Of a DNA stretch of 64,000 nt, positions 36,770 to 51,696 are shown one piece after another (within the stretch, counting starts at the first letter, position 1; every line of letters starts with the position of its first letter). Below the pieces are notes generated by a model. It was given only the letters and a program-made list of their open reading frames with translations, was not told the DNA's origin and searched no databases. Made by a program: the position numbers and the translations under genes. Where the stretch lies: positions 26,164,001 through 26,228,000 of the forward strand of contig OX597822.1 of assembly GCA_951406725.2 (NCBI GenBank), in the 5' to 3' direction. The stretch is from Octopus vulgaris (lineage: Eukaryota).

Positions 36770-36975
36770 TATAGTTAATCCAAACATGAAAACACAACAA
36801 CATGAGGACGTAGAACACGTATAGTATTATTGGACGCTCAGGAAAGGAAAGAAAGAAGGAGGATTTAACGTTTCGAGCGGAGCTCTTTGTCAGAAACATA
36901 GAAAAAGGAAAGGTCCGAAGAAGGGAAGACTGAGAAAGAAAATCGCCAACGATACACACGCGGTCACATATTGAA
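36770..36975 (-). mobile_element. Penelope-like terminal-repeat remnant; sister copies at 41690-41870(+) and 49660-49800(+)
   Basis: Shared tctatgtttctgac(g/a)aagag...gctcgaaac(g/a)ttaaa...ttcctgagcgtccaataa sequence, each next to (TA)n. Confidence 0.6.
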
Positions 36976-37577
36976 TATATTATATATATATATATATGAG
37001 GGAGAAATTGATAGGTGGAAAGATTGGTTGAAAGATAGGTAGATTGACAGAAAATCGATGCATGAGCATCAAAAATACATCCACATTAATCAAGAGCTCA
37101 ATTTGTAACACATCATTTAACTCCGATATATTATTACAATGCAGTAAATATGAATAAAACCAAGTTGCATATATACACAGGATTGATTTAACGTGAAATT
37201 TTAGAGCAACATTAAAAATATAAAGCAGAAAAGCAGATTTCACATAGAGGCCATTTGTGCTCAACAGTTGTTTCGTTAGCAATAAACATCATTAATTCCA
37301 TGATTCCGTAATACTCCCGATTAGTTAATAATTCCACAACACTCGCAATGATTTTGGTAAACATTGCTTTAAAATCAATTTACTGTGATTTAATTAATCA
37401 CATATCATAATTACATATTTTTGAAACTACGTTTATGAAATTATGTTTATTGCTAACGAAACAGCTGTTCAGCACAATGTTCAGCACGATTAAATTGAAA
37501 TTTACGCTTCTGAGTTTTGTTTATGTGTGTGTGTTTGTGTGTGTGTGTATGTATGGATAGATAGATATAGATCTATA

Positions 37578-37643
<66 letters not shown>

Positions 37644-38029
37644 ATTGGCACCAGTTGGGTACTAGGGTCAATGTAATCGCCTAGAACCCTCCCCAAAATT
37701 TCAGGCCTTGAGCCTACAATAGAATTAAGCAATTAACCAATTTACTAATAGACTGCATAGTTAATCTTTCAACTATTCAATCAGCTGGTTTGTCTGAATT
37801 CTTTAGTCATTATTCGCAACCTCATTCATAACGTACTCTGATTATTCTACATTTGATCTTGCTATTTCCAAGCTTCTGTTAGAATATTTCTCCGTTTTAG
37901 GGAGGTGGGACGTGTGTGTGTTAATGAGTGCGTGAGTGTGAGTGTTTGGTTGTGTGTGAGAGACGAATATGTAGTGGTTTTAGCTCGTTATAAATATACA
38001 TACATAGATAAATTTATACACATATATAT

Positions 38030-38082
<53 letters not shown>

Positions 38083-38100
38083 TATACATACATACATACA

Positions 38101-38154
<54 letters not shown>

Positions 38155-38980
38155 TCATTGGTGAGTGTATGTGTGTGCATGTATATATATACACTTCTGT
38201 GTGCGCGCGTTTGTGTGTATGAGCGTGTCTGTGTCCGTGTATGCGTAATCTCGTTCGTAAGAACAAAGCTTACCTGTTCAGAATAAAGTATCCACTTCTT
38301 CATGAAGTAGAGCCTTTTATATATCATATTTGCTGCATAAGAGGCACTCACTCATATTTTACAAGTACAGTTTGTGGAGAAAACCAACAAATTTACTACG
38401 TTTTATCATATACTTATTGAAAGATATTTTAAAGTGGTTTCATAGGGGAAAATATCTGACTGTGCTTATAAATACAATACTGGAAGAAATTATGAAATCA
38501 TAAATTTATCATAAATCTGCTACGTTGTACGAGTACCATATTTAAGCTTTATCCTTTTTCAAATCAACAGTGTAGTTGTTTATATTTTAGTCTAGGAATT
38601 TGCAAAACAGAATATAAAACTCGTATTTTTCGCTGCAACATTTTGTGTGACTGCGATCGGCAGTCAAGGTTGCTCGCTACTGCTATGGTTTTGTTGTCAT
38701 CCACTTATTCAAAATAAGTGATAAGCGGACGAAAATTTAACATGCTTTTAATTTTTCTTGCAGAATTTTCATCTAGATAATTTTTCAAATGCTTCTTAAA
38801 GGGAACACAGTCATTAAAATAATACATGATGCATGTCAGATGTGGGTTATATATGCTGGCAAAGGTGGAATAATTAGATGATGTGACCTCTTCACATAAC
38901 CAACGGCGTGCCATAAGCAATTTGTGTTGACAGACTGTGATACTTTGGCATGTTTTCAATACCTTATTCCTAGTAATATA

Positions 38981-39140
38981 GGCGCAGGAGTGGCTGTGTG
39001 GTAGGTAGCTTGCTTACCAACCAACTGGTTCCGGGTTCAGTCCCACTGTGTGACATATTGGGCAAGTGTCTTCTACTATAGCCTAGGGGTGACCAAAGCC
39101 TTGTGAGTGGATTTGGCAGACGGAAACTAGAATCCCGTCG

Positions 39141-39206
<66 letters not shown>

Positions 39207-39410
39207 TGTGTGTCTGTTTCACCCCCAGCATCTCTTGACAACCGACGCTGGTGTGTTTACGTCCCCGTAACTTAGCGGTTCGACAAAAGATACCGATAGA
39301 ATAAGTACTAGGCTTACAAATAATCAGCTCTGGGGTCGATTTGCTCGACTATAAAGGCGATGCTCCAGCATGGCCGCAGTAAAAAAAAGACAAGTAAAAG
39401 CGTAAAGAGT
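38981..39410 (+). mobile_element. SINE family A, full length
   Basis: Match to 5435-5840. Confidence 0.92.
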
Positions 39411-39427
39411 AACACTTAGCCTACAGT

Positions 39428-39740
39428 GGGGAGGCACGTGGCTAAGTGATTCGGGGTATTCGGTTCACGATCATGAGTTCGATTCCCAGCGCTACATTGT
39501 GTCCTTGAACAAGACACTTTATTTCACGTTGCACAAGTTCTTTCAGCTGGCAAAAATGAGTTGTACTTGTAATTCAAAATGTCGCATTCTGTGTCACGCT
39601 GAATCTCCCTGAGAACTATGTTAAAGGCGAGTTTGTGGAGTGCTCAGCTACTTGCACGTTAGTTTCACCAGTAGTTTGTTCCGTTGATCTGATGGACTGG
39701 AATCTTTGTCGTCGTAACCACGTAACTGATGGAATGCCAA
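39428..39740 (+). mobile_element. Old tRNA-head SINE (C-type head, different body)
   Basis: gaggcacgtggctaagtg...gagttcgattccc...caagacactttatttcacgttg. Confidence 0.75.
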
Positions 39741-39889
39741 TGCCAGAACCAGCCAGCCGACAACATTTATTAGAGTAGTGCAAATTTTTGATACATTTAA
39801 AAATAAAAAAAAAGAGCGCCCTATACACCGGAAAATACAGAACCATATTTGCGACAAGTTTCCAGTTAAAAATCGGTTCTATAGATTTA

Positions 39890-40220
39890 CTATAGAATTA
39901 TAGTTAATCTATAATTCTACAGTGAATTATAATTCACTATAATCATAATTATAATTATAGTGAATTATACTATATTATAGTAAAATATAGTATAATTCAT
40001 ACTATATTATGAATTATACTATAGCATAATTCATAATATATTATAGTATAAATATACTGTAGTATATTTATATTATAAGTACATTATATAGTATATAGTA
40101 TATATAATATACTATATAATTATAGTAAATTATACTATAATAATATACTACAAGTATATTATTATAGTAATATACTTATAGTATGTTATATATACTATAA
40201 GTATATATAATATACTTATA
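39890..40220. repeat. AT-rich low-complexity tract (tatagt/actata-type units)
   Basis: Directly visible. Confidence 0.8.
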
Positions 40221-40266
40221 AGGGAAACACAATTAACTTTGTACACTAGTCACCAAATAAGGTATA

Positions 40267-40788
40267 CCGTAAATCCTCGAGTATAGTCCGCCCTTGAGTA
40301 TAATACACAGGGGATTTTTAGGGGGCTGTACCTCTGAAAAACCTAAACCTTGTGTATAATACGAACCTCTTCTCTAACTTGCGTCGTGCGTAATTAAGCC
40401 AGCAGCACCTAGTCGAACAAACACTTCCGCGCATGCGTAATATAATAAAGGTGATGTTCTTAACTGTTATATGGGAATGTAAATATGTTTGCAAATTGTT
40501 TTTGTTACATGTTATTCTGTGTTCTGAATACTTTTATTTTAATAAATGTTGCTTACTGCAAGTAATGGATGATTTTTTTATGACTTCATTGCTTCCAGGC
40601 TTAGCTTAAGGTATTTTCACTCCCGATATCACAAAATGCGTCTGAATAAACACTGCCGGACAGCAAATAGAGACTCGGACGCTGCTTAGAAAATACTTTT
40701 CATTTTTAACCTCGTATATAGTACGCACTAGGGATTTTGACCTTTAAATTTTGGGGAAAAAATGCGGATTATACTCGAGGATTTACGG
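40267..40788. mobile_element. pogo/Tc1-mariner-superfamily MITE
   Basis: TIR CCGTAAATCCTCGAGTATA(G/A)TCCGC at both ends, TA TSD, subterminal repeats of the gtataatac motif. Confidence 0.9.
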
Positions 40789-41095
40789 TATATGTATTTG
40801 TGTGTGTGTGTGTGTGTATGTAATATATGTGTGTCTATGTGTGTGCATAATAAATAACATATGTCTGAGTGTTCTTTTTTTGTGGGTGAGTATGTGTGTG
40901 TGTGTAATATACGTGTGTGCATGTGTGTGTGTAATATATAACATACATGCGAGAGTGTCTGTGTGTGCGAGTGCGCGCACATATCTAATAGTGTTACAGA
41001 TATTACTTGTATGTTAAATAAACATGTTTCTAGTTTTGCTGTGAAAACAGAGACCGTGCTTAAATCAGGGTAACCAGCAACCAGGAAAACAAATT

Positions 41096-41144
41096 GTATC
41101 GACTAGTTTAGTTTCCGCTTCTGTAAAAGCTTCTTCAGGACTCC
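41096..41144 (-). ncRNA. Candidate type I hammerhead ribozyme
   Basis: GUC-CUGAAGA-A GCUUUU AC AGAAGC G-GAAA-CUA AAC UAG-UC-GAU: intact core, stems II and III pair, GUC triplet; stem I is short. Confidence 0.45.
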
Positions 41145-41865
41145 AGCACTTTTATTTATCTACTGACAGAACGCACCGGACTAGACCCGGTCTAAATTCC
41201 ACAATACAGCAATACAGCTACGCTCATTGATTAACAGGAGCTTCCAACACTGTAATTTTGCGATTAAAATTACAAATTTAATCCATGATCTTTATCTTTT
41301 GTTAATGATAGACCTGTAGTTTAACGGCGTAGCCTATTTTTATATCAAGGCCATATGTTCATTAAACATATGGATAAAAGTATGTTATTCAACGTTATTT
41401 TATGTGAGTGTAGGTCATGAAGCTAAATAGGTAAGTGAACACCGTACATGATTAGCAATTCCTGAGTAGAAAAATTTCGTTATGCTTTCTAGGCAAGATT
41501 CTATTTTTTGTTTCTTCTACTAAGCTTCCAGCTCTTAAGCTGTCGTATATATTCAAACCGATTTACTGGCAAAGAAATTCATGGAAAACATAAACTATTA
41601 GAAGACACCTCTTGAAGACGTCTACTGAGTCTTTTTCTTTCACGTGAGCGTGGAATGCACAACTAATGTGTGTGTGTGTGTGTGTGTGTGTCGTTGGCGA
41701 TTTTCTTTCTCCGTCTTCTCTTCCTTGGGCCTTCCCTTCTTCTATGTTTCTGACGAAGAGTTCTGCTCGAAACATTAAACCCTCCTTCTTTCCTGAGCGT
41801 CCAATAACACTATACTTGTTCCACGTCCTCACGTTGCTGTATTTTTTCTTTGTTCATGTTTGGAT

Positions 41866-41923
<58 letters not shown>

Positions 41924-41924
41924 C

Positions 41925-42166
41925 GGTCGAGGGATCGCAGGTTCGAATTTCGGACCGGGCGATGTGTGTGTTTATGAGTGAAACACTTAAGCTCCACGCG
42001 GCTCCGGCAGAAGGTAATGGTGAACTTCTGCTGACTCTTTCCTCCTGCATCTTGCAGGTCACCCGCGACAGATCGGCGTCCCGTCTAGGTGGAGAACCTA
42101 TACGCCAAGGAAACCGGGAAACCGGCCCTAATGAGCCAGGCGTGGCCCGAGAAGGAACAAACAACA
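41925..42166 (+). mobile_element. SINE family C, 5'-truncated
   Basis: Match to 45594-45898. Confidence 0.85.
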
Positions 42167-42210
<44 letters not shown>

Positions 42211-43160
42211 GCGTTGCCCTAACATGGCTGCAGTCCAGTGATCGAAACAAAGAAAGGTAAACGGTATGTTGGTATGCTCATGTGTGTGTGTATGTGTGTG
42301 TGGACGGATGTATATTTGTATATTCTAAATTCAGCAGAATCTTTAGAAAAGATTACAATCATACCCAGTCTGAACGAACGAAAAACAGATGTTGCTAAAT
42401 ATATTCGATTTTCATCAACAGCTCTTTCTCACTCTCTCGGTCTCTCGCTCTCGAAAAATTTTTTCGCTAATAGTACACTGACTGTCTGAATATCCTGAAG
42501 GAGTTAAGGTACGCGTTAAGTTTTTCGTTTCTTCTAATTGTCCAAATTCATCTATGAATTTTGTTGCAGCTTCTATGACTGCACTAGGCTTTTAACTGTA
42601 CACCGTGTGATGAAATTTCATTTCTACCTTTAAACTTGTAAAACAGTCCTTGTAATTATCAATTATCATAGTGTAGCTTTAGTTCTCTGTGATAAATTTT
42701 GGTCTGCTCACTACGCATCTCCCCAGAAACGCTTACACCATTATTACGTCAAAACTTAAGTAACGCCACATTAAAAACCTATAACGACTAATTAAGCACT
42801 TCTGGCACTTTTCAAAATTTAATGTTTCGTGTGAGTGTTCTAGTTTTCATTTTCATTAAAGAAAGCATTAAAATAGGAACCAAACTTAAAAGTAAGTGCT
42901 ACAGTTGCAATGTGTTAGATAACTTATAAGGAATTGAATAAAACTTTCGGGCGTTGATTCTATATTATTTTCACTTGCTCAACTACATGTGTCTTCGAAC
43001 TGCTTGACCAAATAATTTTATATATGAATTATAACACGCGGTAATGGGTTCAAGACAATTCCCTGATCTACTTCGTTCTTAAATTTTGGCTGTTTTGAAA
43101 GAATAGCGTTTCTTGCAACGATTTGATTTCTCAACCTAAAAATCTCTTGCAACCAGTACC

Positions 43161-43378
43161 TATTTCTTTACTACCCACAAGGGGCTAAACACAGAGAGGA
43201 CAAACGGGTTAAGTCGATAATTCGACCCCAGTGCGTAACTGGTACTTATTTAATCGACCCCTTAAGGATGAAAGGCAAAGTCGACCTCGGTGGAATTTGA
43301 ACTCAGAACGTAACGGCAGACGAAATACCGCTCAGCATTTCGCCCAGCGTGCTACCGATTCTGCCAGCTCGCCGCCTT
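43161..43378 (-). mobile_element. SINE family B monomer with tail1 and 15-bp TSD
   Basis: CTTGCAACCAGTACC at 43146-43160 and 43380-43394. Confidence 0.92.
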
Positions 43379-43722
43379 CCTTGCAACCAGTACCGCGTCA
43401 AGGCTTAGGCATATAAAGCAGTTTCCTGCGGGCCACACGATTTCAGATTTGATCAACGTAAGCTATAGTTTATTGTTTATAAATAAATACTATAAAGCCC
43501 ACTGCATTGACTTGCCCAGGACAGTCAACTACGACGTCCCAGCTTAGAATTATTCTCTTCATTCTCTAGTTTCGCTGAAATAACACAATTTGAGGTATTT
43601 GACTGAGCTGCCGTTTTGTCATCTAGCTGTAATGCGCAACATCTGTGGCTGACAGGTTCTTACCTGGTCGTAAACCCGGATGAACATTATTTAGTAAGTC
43701 TTTATTCTCTATTAATATAATA

Positions 43723-43915
43723 CAGGGTGCGGTAATAAAAAAAAAACACTTCTACATTTTACAGATTTACAAATGTTTCAACGGCAGTGGAAACCTTGAT
43801 AGAAAATGAAAAGAAGAGGAAACATTAGCTGCATCAAGACGCTATTACTACTTCTCTAACTCCACAAGCTAATATGCATTAAAACAAGAGTTCGAGGGTT
43901 TTCTGCCGCACTCTA
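43723..43915. mobile_element. Small degenerate Tc1/mariner-type MITE
   Basis: ta-cagggtgcggtaataaaa versus ttttctgccgcactcta; imperfect TIR. Confidence 0.45.
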
Positions 43916-45593
43916 TTTCTTAGCAAGTCATTAATCTACTGCTTATGTAATTAGTTTTCTCCGATAATTTATTCAGTGACATTTCATATGGAACTGTAAT
44001 TTTTAGCATTATATCTTGATTCTTCGCGTATTGATAGGACCTATTTTGCCCACTTTTAGGAATTTGGGAAGCTCACTACATCCAGAACAGTTCTATAGAC
44101 AAATTTGGTGTTTTTCGAGCCGACCCGTCTTTATATCTTTAGAAGAACACTTGAGAAGCCATCAGAGCATGTTGCCAAGTCCCATATCAAATATTATTTG
44201 GTTTTATAGGATTTAATTTATAGATCCTTATTTCCTTTACAGACTTGTAGAGCTGAAGAGCTATTCTGACTCTTTTATACTCTATTCTATTTTATACTGT
44301 GGCTGTGCGTGTAGCTAGTTGGTTATGCGCGAGAGGCTGCGTATAATTGAGTCAAAAACATCATTCCAGCATTGAATATGATTTTATTTACGCCGCAACA
44401 AATCATACTGAGGTTGGTCACGAATTACAATTTTCATAAAGAGTCAACACGACTGTGAGAAAATATTGCAACATACAGCTGGATATAAAAGCTTAGCACT
44501 GAGGCTGGATTAAACACAGTAATGTACAAATGCAACTCTTCATATCTGCAATCATATAATACATATCAGGGTGAGCATGTTGTCGTTAACAACAACTATG
44601 CAAGCAATGAAGGAATATATATATCGGAGCGAACCACAACTTGGCACACACAGGAACATGGCGAAAGTGAAGACGACATTCCGCCGGACATTTACAACAC
44701 TCTGCAAATTGGCGCTTGACACAGAGGCTATTTATAGGCTTAATACCGAGAACAATCTAGAATGGTCTGGAAAAAAAGAAAGAAACCTATCATGTGAAGA
44801 TTGACCGCTGATTGGCTGATAACTTGGCCTCAAACGTGAACAAGGTTGAGTGATGTCGTGGCTTTAAATCCGTAATATGGCTACTCGGGTTCAAGTTTCA
44901 CTACAATACCATAAAGGCAGCGATGACACTGTTAATTAAACTTCATATATAAAAAGCATCGTTAATCACTGAAATCAAGATTAAAGTTAGGAGTTCATAA
45001 AATACTTAATATGGTGTTAGGTTACAAAGTTTTTCTGTAACCTGTTTTTATATCTACAAAAAAAAAATCCAGAAATATGATAAAGCTTTATTTATCTTTT
45101 TTTTTTTTAGATATTTCTTTTATTATATAACAGTATACAAATATTTTATATAAAATGAGATAATTCTTTCAAATTTTGGCAATAGATCAGTAATTTTACA
45201 TCGAGTCCAGTATTTGCTTGTTACTTATTTTATCGGCCCCGAAAGGATGAAAAGTCAAGATGACCTCGGAGGGATTTGATCTCAGCACGTAAAGAGCCAA
45301 ATTCTGTCAGTTCGCAGCCTTAAGAAAAATGTAATAAATTAATATATTAGATTACAGCAGAGCAGCGAGTTGGCAGAATCGTTAGCACGCATTTCGTCTG
45401 TCTTTATGTTCAGGGTTCAAATTCCACCGAGATTAATTTTGTCTTTTATTCTTTCGGGGTCGATAACAAAAAAAAAATAATCAAGGATTGGAGTTGATGT
45501 ATTCGACTTAACCTATCTCCCGAAATTACTGTTCTTTTGTCAAAACGTGAAACTAGTATATTAGATTGCAGTTGATTTTCTTATATACGGTTT

Positions 45594-45898
45594 GTGGAGG
45601 CACATGGCCTAGTGGTTAGAGCAGCGGACTCGCAGTCGACGGATCGAGTGTTCGAATCTCAGACCGGGTGATATGTGTGTTTATGAGCGAAACACCTAAG
45701 CTCCACGCGGCTCCAACAGAAGGTAATAGCGAACTTCTACTGACTCTTTCGCCACAACTTTCCCTCATTCTTTCTTCCTGCATCTTGCAGCTCACCTGCG
45801 ACGGACAGGCGTCCCGTCCAAGTGGGGAACCTATAATCCAAGGAAACGGGAAACCGGCCCTAATGAGCCAGGCGTGAATCAAGAAGGAACAAACAACA
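45594..45898 (+). mobile_element. SINE family C, full length, 12-bp TSD
   Basis: TATATACGGTTT at 45582-45593 and 45899-45910; A box TGGCCTAGTGG, B box GTTCGAATC. Confidence 0.93.
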
Positions 45899-45938
45899 TA
45901 TATACGGTTTAATAAGGGTTTAAAAATATTTTGAATTT

Positions 45939-46333
45939 AAGGCGGCGAGCTGGCAGAAACGTTAGCACGCCGGGCGAAATGCGTAGCCGTATTTCGTCTG
46001 CCGCTACGTTCTGAGTTCAAATTCCGTCGACTTTGCCTTTGATCCTTTCTGGGTCTATAAAGTAAGTACCAGTTACCCACTGGGGTCGATATAATCGACT
46101 TAATCCTTTTGTCTGTCCTTGTTTGTCCTCTCTGCGTTTAACCCCTTGTGGTTAGTAAAGAAATCGGTATTTCGTCTGTCTTTACGTTCTGAGTTTAAAT
46201 TCCGCCGAAGTCAACATTGCCTTTTATCCTTTCGGTGTCGATACATTAAGTACTAGTTGCGTACTAGGGTCGATCTAATCGACTGGCTCCCTCCCACAAA
46301 ATTTCGGGCGTTGTTCCTAGAGTAGAAAAGAAT
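45939..46333 (+). mobile_element. SINE family B composite (head-body-tail1-body-tail2)
   Basis: Junction aagaaatc|ggtatttcgtctg at about 46166; degenerate TSD atattttg(a/g)a(t/c)t(t/c)aa. Confidence 0.9.
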
Positions 46334-46627
46334 ATATTTTGGACTCAAAATCGAGAGGCATATTTATACACGCTAGCGTATTATACTTGATCTTTTTCAG
46401 TATTCATTTAGGTTCTTTTTCCTTTTTTTCAGTGAGGTGAGGGGCTTTAGTCAGTGAATTTATTCCTTTAATCAATAGCCCTATTTTATAATATACTAAA
46501 TGTTTCTTTGGTAAATATGAAGAAAACTTTTAGTTACAGTTTCCTTCAACTCCTGTTTCCATTGCTGCTCACTTATTTAGGTTGGGGCATTTAATTTTCC
46601 CTTGTTTTTTTTTCAAAGAGACATTCT

Positions 46628-46691
<64 letters not shown>

Positions 46692-47537
46692 CCCTCTCTC
46701 TTCCCCTTCTCTTTCTCGTTCGTTCTATCAATGGCTATTGCCCATTCAATTTTCTATCCGTAATGCATTATAAGTATAGTACAAAACCATTCCAGATACT
46801 TGACCTGTTTATTTTAATCGACCTTTAAGATAATGAGAAGCGAAATAGACCCAGTGAGATTTGAACGAATAACGTAAAGAACCTTAATTAAATATTGCAG
46901 ACATTTTGTCCGCGGCTTAACCGCTTCTGGTAAATCAACCGTTTGAATCTTTTGTTTTCGTCTCATATCACTTATTCTGTCTTTAGAATAAAGATATTTC
47001 TGTGAACTTAGGTATAATTAATGCAAATAACTTGCATTCATTAACACACATTGCACCAGTTTCGTGTCATCGATTTGCATAAGGAGAAGCTTGGGGCAAT
47101 TTAACTTGCAGATCACTTTTTTTCATTGGTTCATAATCAGTCGTATGGAGATCCAGATCCCATACAGCTTGAATGCTTATCTATGAGACGCCGAATTCCA
47201 GGATTCTTTCCTTCCTTCTTCCTTTCTTCCTTTCTTTCGTTCTTTCTTTCTTTCTTTCTTTCTTTTATTTATTTATTTATTTATTCATTTACTCTTTTAC
47301 TCTTCTACTCGTTTCAGCCATGCGGCTGTGGTCATTCTTTTTTCATTCTTTCTTTCTTTCTTTCTTTTGCCTTGTATTGATCATTCTACGATGTTATGCC
47401 CAGGGGAGATTTTGTGTTGCATACGTACTAACTTATGTATGTAGACTCACACATACACACATTCAGAGGCACACATATACATACAAATACATACACACAT
47501 ATGTATATACATATATATGTACGTGTTGAAATATTTA

Positions 47538-47597
<60 letters not shown>

Positions 47598-47598
47598 T

Positions 47599-47683
<85 letters not shown>

Positions 47684-48177
47684 TCTAAGAGAATTACAAG
47701 TTTACGTCATCAGATACATATACATATACACGCCCATGTGCGTGTGAATGTGTGTGTGTGGGGGCGTGTGTGTGCATGTGTCTGTGCATGTATGTATATA
47801 TATATATATATATATATATCAGATGATGTAAAACTCTGACGCTCTCATGGTCATTTTCTGGCTGTAAATCCGTAAAAACATAAACCACGCACTATACATA
47901 GGGCAGTTCAATAGCCAACACTCATACACATCTTGAAGATGGGGCTAAGATAGCTTGGAAATAATAATAAAAATATTTTGACAAATTAAGCTTAAATGTT
48001 GAAGTGAATCTAACGGTTTTTGTGTGTTTCTTAAATGGCTTATAAACACCTTCCACGCTGCAATTGTTTTCGTTCCAGCACACGACCTCAGATCAGGTCA
48101 CTTGCTATGCAAGTAGATCTCCGTAATAATAAAAATGTTTTAGAAAACCTATAGAAACGCACACATACATATATGCA

Positions 48178-48222
<45 letters not shown>

Positions 48223-48239
48223 AACAGACAGACAGACAG

Positions 48240-49250
<1,011 letters not shown>

Positions 49251-49261
49251 GCCGTATATAT

Positions 49262-49332
<71 letters not shown>

Positions 49333-50771
49333 ACCATGCACACGCACACATACAAATTTAATTCGGTTTATGCCCCTTCAGTTTCGTTGGCTACTTACAG
49401 AAACCTAACTCATCGGACACAGTAAACCAAATGGAGAGATGAGCCCGATGAACTGCATCTCTGTAAGAATCCTACGAAACTTGGAGCCGAATCAAACTGT
49501 TTTAAATATTAATATATTTATATATTAAATTAAATTAATATATTAAATTAACTCTTATTAAATATATTGAAAGTCTCTTTCTTTTGTTTGCCCATTCAAC
49601 TGACCATTTCATCATGTTGAACCGTTAATCCCTAAACATTTTTTCTCTCTCCATATTTTTTCCTCCCTCTCAATCCTTTCTGTTGAAGAGCGTAGGCTCG
49701 AAACGTCAGACTTTTCCATTCTTCCTGAGCGTTAAACTAATACACCTGCTTGTTGTTCCTTCACCTGTCTCTGTCATTTGTTTTCTGTAAATATGAACTA
49801 TATATATATATATATATATATATATGTTTTTTGTATTATGATACAGTGGCTCACATGCTCACAAACACATACACACGATATGATATGCATGTAGTTAGTG
49901 CTCACATAAGCAGATGTATAAATAGACAAGTCTTTTAACATGTTTACGACTAGCAAGATATGTCTTTTGAAGTTACAAACTCATGACAAATCCTCGCATT
50001 CATATGATATTTCAAATAAGATACACCTTAAAATTACTGGAATACCTTCATTTTCTACTTTGCTGTCACATGTCCACATTGCCATTTCATGTATTGTCAT
50101 GCGCAAGAGACGCATACCTTTACCATCATGCAACTCTCGGGTGCTTGGTTTTGTTAATGTCAGAATATTAGCTAACAATCTAACGTTATTTTTTCCTTGC
50201 CACATGAGTATCTCTTAGACTGTTGATATTTATTAAATTACGTATATCAAAGTTAACTTAACTACTGCTTTTTCATGGAAAAGGCACCCCTACGTAATTG
50301 ACCTCAAATAAGCTAAAATTTCACGCCGACTCATGTACAATAGTGTTCATTCATTTAGAGACTGTCTCATGGCTAATTCGGTGAAATCAAAGTTTCGCTG
50401 AGAAGGTTTATTAGGGTTATTTTTTTCTTTATTTACCCAGTGATTTAACATGATATATTCATTGAGCAAATGTCGTCATTTTTCCTCGTCACATAAGTGT
50501 TTCTAATTAGAATTTCGATACTCACAATATTAAATATGTTAACAGTAACTGGACTATTGTTTTACATGAAAATGGCGTCTTTAAGCAGTTGATTCTCCTG
50601 TTGCTGAAAACTAAGCCATGACCAGGCATGCATGATTGTGTGTACCCTCTACCTTGTCTGCCTAATCAGTACTTAGCCGTTGTTGGTGTTTCGTTCAACA
50701 TCCTTAAACAAACCTTATTCAGGGACCTTTTGGGCAGGATGGGCTACTCGACCAGAAGAAAATTCTAAATA

Positions 50772-51696
50772 CAGTGATATCTCACTTTACGAGGGCCCGC
50801 TTTGCGAGACCCCGGGTTTACGAGTTTTATTTTTCAAGCACAAGATCCAAATTTTGAACGAAGTGCAAAAGCTTCTATTACCATAACAAATGCTTTTGCG
50901 TGTTATCGAGAAATTTATGGAGAGCTGGAAAAAGCTTCTTCGAAGCAAACAACTCTGGACTTGTTTTTTAAAACGAAATCTACATGTCCGTCTACGAGTG
51001 CTTGTGAATCGGTGACGCGTCTGCAAGTGATGGTGTGTGCACATCTAGTGCGAGTGAAAGTGATTCATAAAACGATAATAATAATAATATTTATTATTAT
51101 AAATGATCTTGACGTTCTTTTTACTTTACCTAAAATATTCTTTACATTCTACTTTTGTTTTATGGCCATTTATTTACGAGTATTAGAAATTTTATAGGTA
51201 AAATATTTTTCTGGGAACGAATTACGATTTATATAACATTGCTACTACGGGAAATTATTGCTCCGTTTTCCGAGTTTTCACTTTAGGCACAAGGCTCAAA
51301 ATTTTGGGGAGGGGCCAGTCGATTAGATCGACGCCAGTACGCAACTTGTACTTAATTTATCGACCCCGAAAGGATGAAAGGCAAAGTTGGCCTCGGTGGA
51401 ATTTGAATTCAGAACGTAAAGACAGACGAAATACCTATTACTTTACTACCCATAAGGGGCTAAACACTGAGGGGACAAACAAGGACAGACAAGCGGATTG
51501 AGTCGATTATATCGACCCCAGTGCGTAACTGGTACTTATTTAATCGACCCCGAAAGGATGAAAGGCAAAGTCGACTTCGGCGGAATTTGAACTCACAACG
51601 TAGCGGCAGACGAAATACCGCTTAGCATTTTACTCGGCGTGCTAACGTTTCTGCCAGCTCACCACCTTAATTAACTCGTATATCGAGGCATTACTG
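50772..51696 (+). mobile_element. Tigger/pogo internal-deletion derivative, interrupted by a SINE B composite
   Basis: TIRs CAGTGATATCTCACTTTACGAG / CAGTAATGCCTCGATATACGAG (reverse complement), TA TSD; encodes the Tigger-type C-terminus QDPNFERS...YREIY...KQTTLDLFF. Confidence 0.82.
51283..51668 (-). mobile_element. SINE family B composite (head-body-tail1-body-tail2)
   Basis: Same architecture and junction as 45939-46333. Confidence 0.9.

Noticed and set aside
45594-45670. tRNA-like sequences with A and B boxes (also 19095-19168, 32260-32333, 58260-58334)
   Set aside because: They continue into SINE bodies, some with TSDs, and do not form complete cloverleafs, so they are not tRNA genes.
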